Made by a program: the position numbers and the translations under genes. A stretch of 64,000 nt of DNA. Source: Candidatus Methanoperedenaceae archaeon. GTDB lineage: Archaea; Halobacteriota; Methanosarcinia; Methanosarcinales; Methanoperedenaceae. The notes beneath the pieces are model-generated. The model did no database searches and was not told the origin of the DNA. It saw nothing but the letters and a program-made list of their open reading frames with translations. The stretch lies in NCBI GenBank assembly GCA_963753595.1, contig CAVWCX010000002.1, positions 32,001 through 96,000 on the forward strand, read 5' to 3'. Shown here piece after piece: positions 60,866 through 64,000 of this stretch (position 1 is its first letter; each line of letters starts with the position of its first letter).

Positions 60866-61852
60866 ATGCTAAAAAGTGATGATATTAGAGACAGGATAAA
60901 GGACATAGATGATTTTCTACTAAAGCAATACAAGGATAGAAAGATAGAGAAGAAACGAGATTGGCGGACTTATGAACAGCAATTGATGAAACGGATCAAA
61001 GGAGCAATCCGTAATCTTGAACCATTGATAGATCAATCAATAAATATTGAAATTCATAGAGGCCCAGGAAGACCTCCAGAGTTAGAACTAAAACAGAGAG
61101 TTATTATTCTATTATTGAAAGAATTATTGGGAGAAAGCAATAGAATGATGGCTTCAATGCTTGGTTTATTTTCTCTCCTTTCCGGAATTGATGTCGGCTA
61201 TAAGACTGTAGAAAGATTGTATTCTAATCATGACGTTGAAATGGCAATTCATAATCTTCACATACTCATTTTAAGGGAAAAAGGAGTTAAGAATATTGAT
61301 GCATGTGGAGATGGAACTGGTTATTCATTGACGATAAAAAAGCATTATGCTTCTGAGACTCAAATACGAAAGGATAAAGCAAAAGAGTATTCTGGAACTA
61401 AGGCTTTTGTTTATTCTTTCAAGTTACTCGACCTCAAATCAAAGATGTATGTAGCATTTGGAATGAGTTTAAAGAGTGAAAAAGAAGCTTTCGATAGAGC
61501 TATGGAAATGATAAAGAAGATTGATATACAAATCGATAGCATTAGGCTTGATAAATATTATAGTTTTTCCTCTTATGTCGATAAATTTGGAGAAGCGAAA
61601 GTCTATGTCATTCCAAGAAAAAATGCCACAGTAAGAGGTTCGTGGAAATGGAAGGATACGATGGAAGATTTTGTAAATAATACGTTCTCATATCTTGGAC
61701 AGTATTTTCGTAGAAACAATTCTGAATCAGGATTTTCAGCAGATAAAAGAATGTTTGGATGGACGGTGGGACAAAAAAGGGATGATAGGATTGATACCGC
61801 TTTGAATTGCACAGGGGTCTGGCATAATCTCATGAACCTGTACCCAGGTTAA
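60866..61852 (+). CDS. DDE transposase (ISNCY-like)
   Basis: GRPP, GDGTGYS, RLDKYYS, RNNSESGFS.DKR. Confidence 0.9.
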   Translation: MLKSDDIRDRIKDIDDFLLKQYKDRKIEKKRDWRTYEQQLMKRIKGAIRNLEPLIDQSINIEIHRGPGRPPELELKQRVIILLLKELLGESNRMMASMLGLFSLLSGIDVGYKTVERLYSNHDVEMAIHNLHILILREKGVKNIDACGDGTGYSLTIKKHYASETQIRKDKAKEYSGTKAFVYSFKLLDLKSKMYVAFGMSLKSEKEAFDRAMEMIKKIDIQIDSIRLDKYYSFSSYVDKFGEAKVYVIPRKNATVRGSWKWKDTMEDFVNNTFSYLGQYFRRNNSESGFSADKRMFGWTVGQKRDDRIDTALNCTGVWHNLMNLYPG

Positions 61853-61867
61853 TTCTGTCCCACAGCC

Positions 61868-62878
61868 ATAATAAGGTATAGCTTCATCTGGTTTGGCAGA
61901 TAAAGATATATCGGGAGTTGAAATCGTTTGAAAAATTTTATCTATTAAATTCTTAAATAAAATATCTATCTCTATATAACGATTCTCATGCATTAATTGA
62001 ATTACTTTTTTTTCAAAATCATCCAAATCTTCAGGAAGATAATATTCAGATGATTTGGATATTTTCGATGTTGGAATTAATGAAGTATCAAGTTTAATGC
62101 TTTTTGTCTTTGTTGGTTCAACTTTATGCATTGTCAAAATTTTAAAATTTTCATCACTACATTTTGCTTTAGGATTTTGTTTATTTTTTGTTGAATCTCT
62201 TACTGATTTTAGTACTTTTTCAAATACATTATTAAAAGGTGCAAGATTATCCTCAGAATCAATATTTTCTAAAGTTTTTATTAGATTATAAGTGAAAACT
62301 CCATGCTGTAATTCATGATCCTCCTGTGCTTCTTCATTAGAATCACATGCAGTAAGAAGACCTGTTCCTTTATTTTTTCCAATTAGATCAATAAGTTTAT
62401 CTATTTTTATGTCTCTTAATCTTGTATCTAACAATTCGCGTCTTAATGCACCTCCACTGTGGCAGGCATCAAAAATTATCAATTTTGAATTTGCCTTAAT
62501 CTTATTAAGTTCGAGATTAAGAGTGAAGAGACTAATTGCTGTATGTTCCCAGTAATCCGCCTCGAAATCAGAAGGACAAATAAAACTATTTTGTGAATTT
62601 ATTTTTTGTTGATCTGATTCTATAGTAAAACCATGCCCTGCAAAACTGAATATTATATAATCCTCATCCCTTGCTTCACGTTCAAGGTCCGTAATTGTTT
62701 TTAAAATTTCAGTTCGTGTTGCGTTTTGGTTTAACAGTATTTTATGATATAAACAGTTGAATTGAGAATATTTATCGTGTATTTTCTCAGCGTCATTCAC
62801 ACAATAATTTAATTGTAAAGTTTCAGCCAATTTTGGATATTGATTAATCCCAATAGATAAAATTAAGATTTTTCCCAT
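61868..62878 (-). pseudogene. Caspase/metacaspase-family (peptidase C14) protein, C-terminally truncated by the IS
   Basis: IGINQY..L..CVNDA, FAGHG, FDACHSG, HGVFT; frame runs into the IS right TIR after AIPYY. Confidence 0.82.
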
Positions 62879-63143
62879 AGAATGAACATCTATAGTATAT
62901 TTTGTCTAATTAAAACTTATCAACGATTTTCAATAATATTTTTAATAACCATTTTAATTCTTCCCAGTTTATTTAAACGTAAACCAGAAAAATTATTTAA
63001 CTTCTCCTTATGCCGGAAAATTTTTACAAAAAGCAAACAAGCTATCAGATATACTAAAACTCGAACATAAGAACATCAGCATTTGGATGCCTTTTGTATA
63101 GTCTAATCCGAAGTCGGTGTCTTATCGATATTGAATTTCAAAG

Positions 63144-64000
63144 TCAGATTTCCACAAACCGCCCTGCCTTCCCCAATTCCTCCTCGATCCTGAGCAGCTG
63201 GTTATACTTCGCATTCCTCTCGCTCCTTGCCGGCGCGCCTGTCTTGATAAGCTCGGCGCCTATAGCCACGGAAATATCAGCGATCGTGGTATCTTCGGTT
63301 TCTGCTGACCTGTGGCTTACTACGACCTTGAACTTATTCTTCTGGGCAAGCCGCGCCGCGTCAAATGCCTCTGAGAGCGTGCCTATCTGGTTCACTTTGA
63401 GGAGCAGCGCATTTCCCGCATTCATTTTTATTCCTTGCTCAAGCCGCTTTACATTGGTCACGAAAAGGTCATCGCCTATGATTATCGTATCCTTTAATTT
63501 TTTTGACAATTGCGCAAAATCTTCGAATGATTCTTCCTCGAATGGGTCTTCAATAGAGAGGATCGGGTATGTATCGACAAGCTCTGAATAGAAATCAATC
63601 AATTCCCCGCTTGATAATTTCCTGCCATCAACTTTATAATTGCCATCCTTATAGAACTCAGTGGCAGCAGAATCAAGACCGATCGTGATCTTCTTATTAT
63701 ATCCTGCAACCTCTATTGCATCCGTAAGCGCATCAAGGGCATCTGTGGTATTTTTAAGCGGCGGGGCATAACCGCCTTCGTAGCCCACATTGACCGCAGA
63801 ATTGCCATATTTTTTCACAAGTATTGCGCCAAGGGTATGGTAAGTCTCAGCACCCATACGAAGGGCTTCGGAAAAAGTCTTTGCGCCGCCGGGCTGTATC
63901 ATGAATTCCTGTATCGCAAGCTCGTTTCCCGCGTGTTTTCCCCCGTTTATGACGTTCATCGTGGGAACCGGAAGCGTGAATGCATTTGTTCCGCCTAGAT
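63144..64000 (-). CDS. eno: Enolase (5' part outside window)
   Basis: NVINGGKHA, QEFMI, IEDPF.E, GDDL.VTN, KVNQIGT, SHRS.ETED, IKTGAP.RSER.AKYNQL. Confidence 0.97.
   Translation of the reverse strand, partial: LGGTNAFTLPVPTMNVINGGKHAGNELAIQEFMIQPGGAKTFSEALRMGAETYHTLGAILVKKYGNSAVNVGYEGGYAPPLKNTTDALDALTDAIEVAGYNKKITIGLDSAATEFYKDGNYKVDGRKLSSGELIDFYSELVDTYPILSIEDPFEEESFEDFAQLSKKLKDTIIIGDDLFVTNVKRLEQGIKMNAGNALLLKVNQIGTLSEAFDAARLAQKNKFKVVVSHRSAETEDTTIADISVAIGAELIKTGAPARSERNAKYNQLLRIEEELGKAGRFVEI

Larger units (their letters stand above)
60608..61867 (+). mobile_element. Insertion sequence (ISNCY/ISA1214-like) with 17-bp TIRs
   Basis: GGCTGTGGGACAAAATT (60608) and AATTCTGTCCCACAGCC (61867), 16/17 match; DDE transposase plus divergent small ORF; no TSD seen. 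Confidence 0.88.

Overview
Archaeal chromosomal window whose gene content and order point to Methanosarcinales; Ca. Methanoperedens-like is an inference, not verified. The core genes are argC-CBS-argJ, iscS/iscU, a second cysteine desulfurase, rubrerythrin, trpDFEG, rpl7ae-rps28e-rpl24e-ndk-aIF5B, apgM, amtB-GNAT-glnK, rps8e, lipoate ligase genes, pdxT, csl4-rpoL, thrB, nrpRII, gatCAB and eno. There are 4 tRNAs (Leu-TAG, Val-TAC, Ala-GGC, Ile-GAT). Accessory DNA includes a PARIS-like ATPase+TOPRIM pair at the tRNA-Leu 3' end and four toxin-antitoxin pairs plus one decayed copy. An island between gatB and eno holds a RadA-like/arCOG07300/PolB2 cassette, an ISNCY-type IS with 17-bp TIRs and an IS-truncated caspase-family protease. 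Non-coding highlights are a nested periodic-hairpin element (2164-2361), a candidate sRNA with C-rich loops (2486-2621), phased TRP boxes, an L7Ae K-turn-like leader, probable ATT start codons and two small ORFs missing from the track. Several single-base frameshifts, including one in essential rps8e, suggest consensus errors in the assembly. All family assignments come from motif recognition; no database searches were run.
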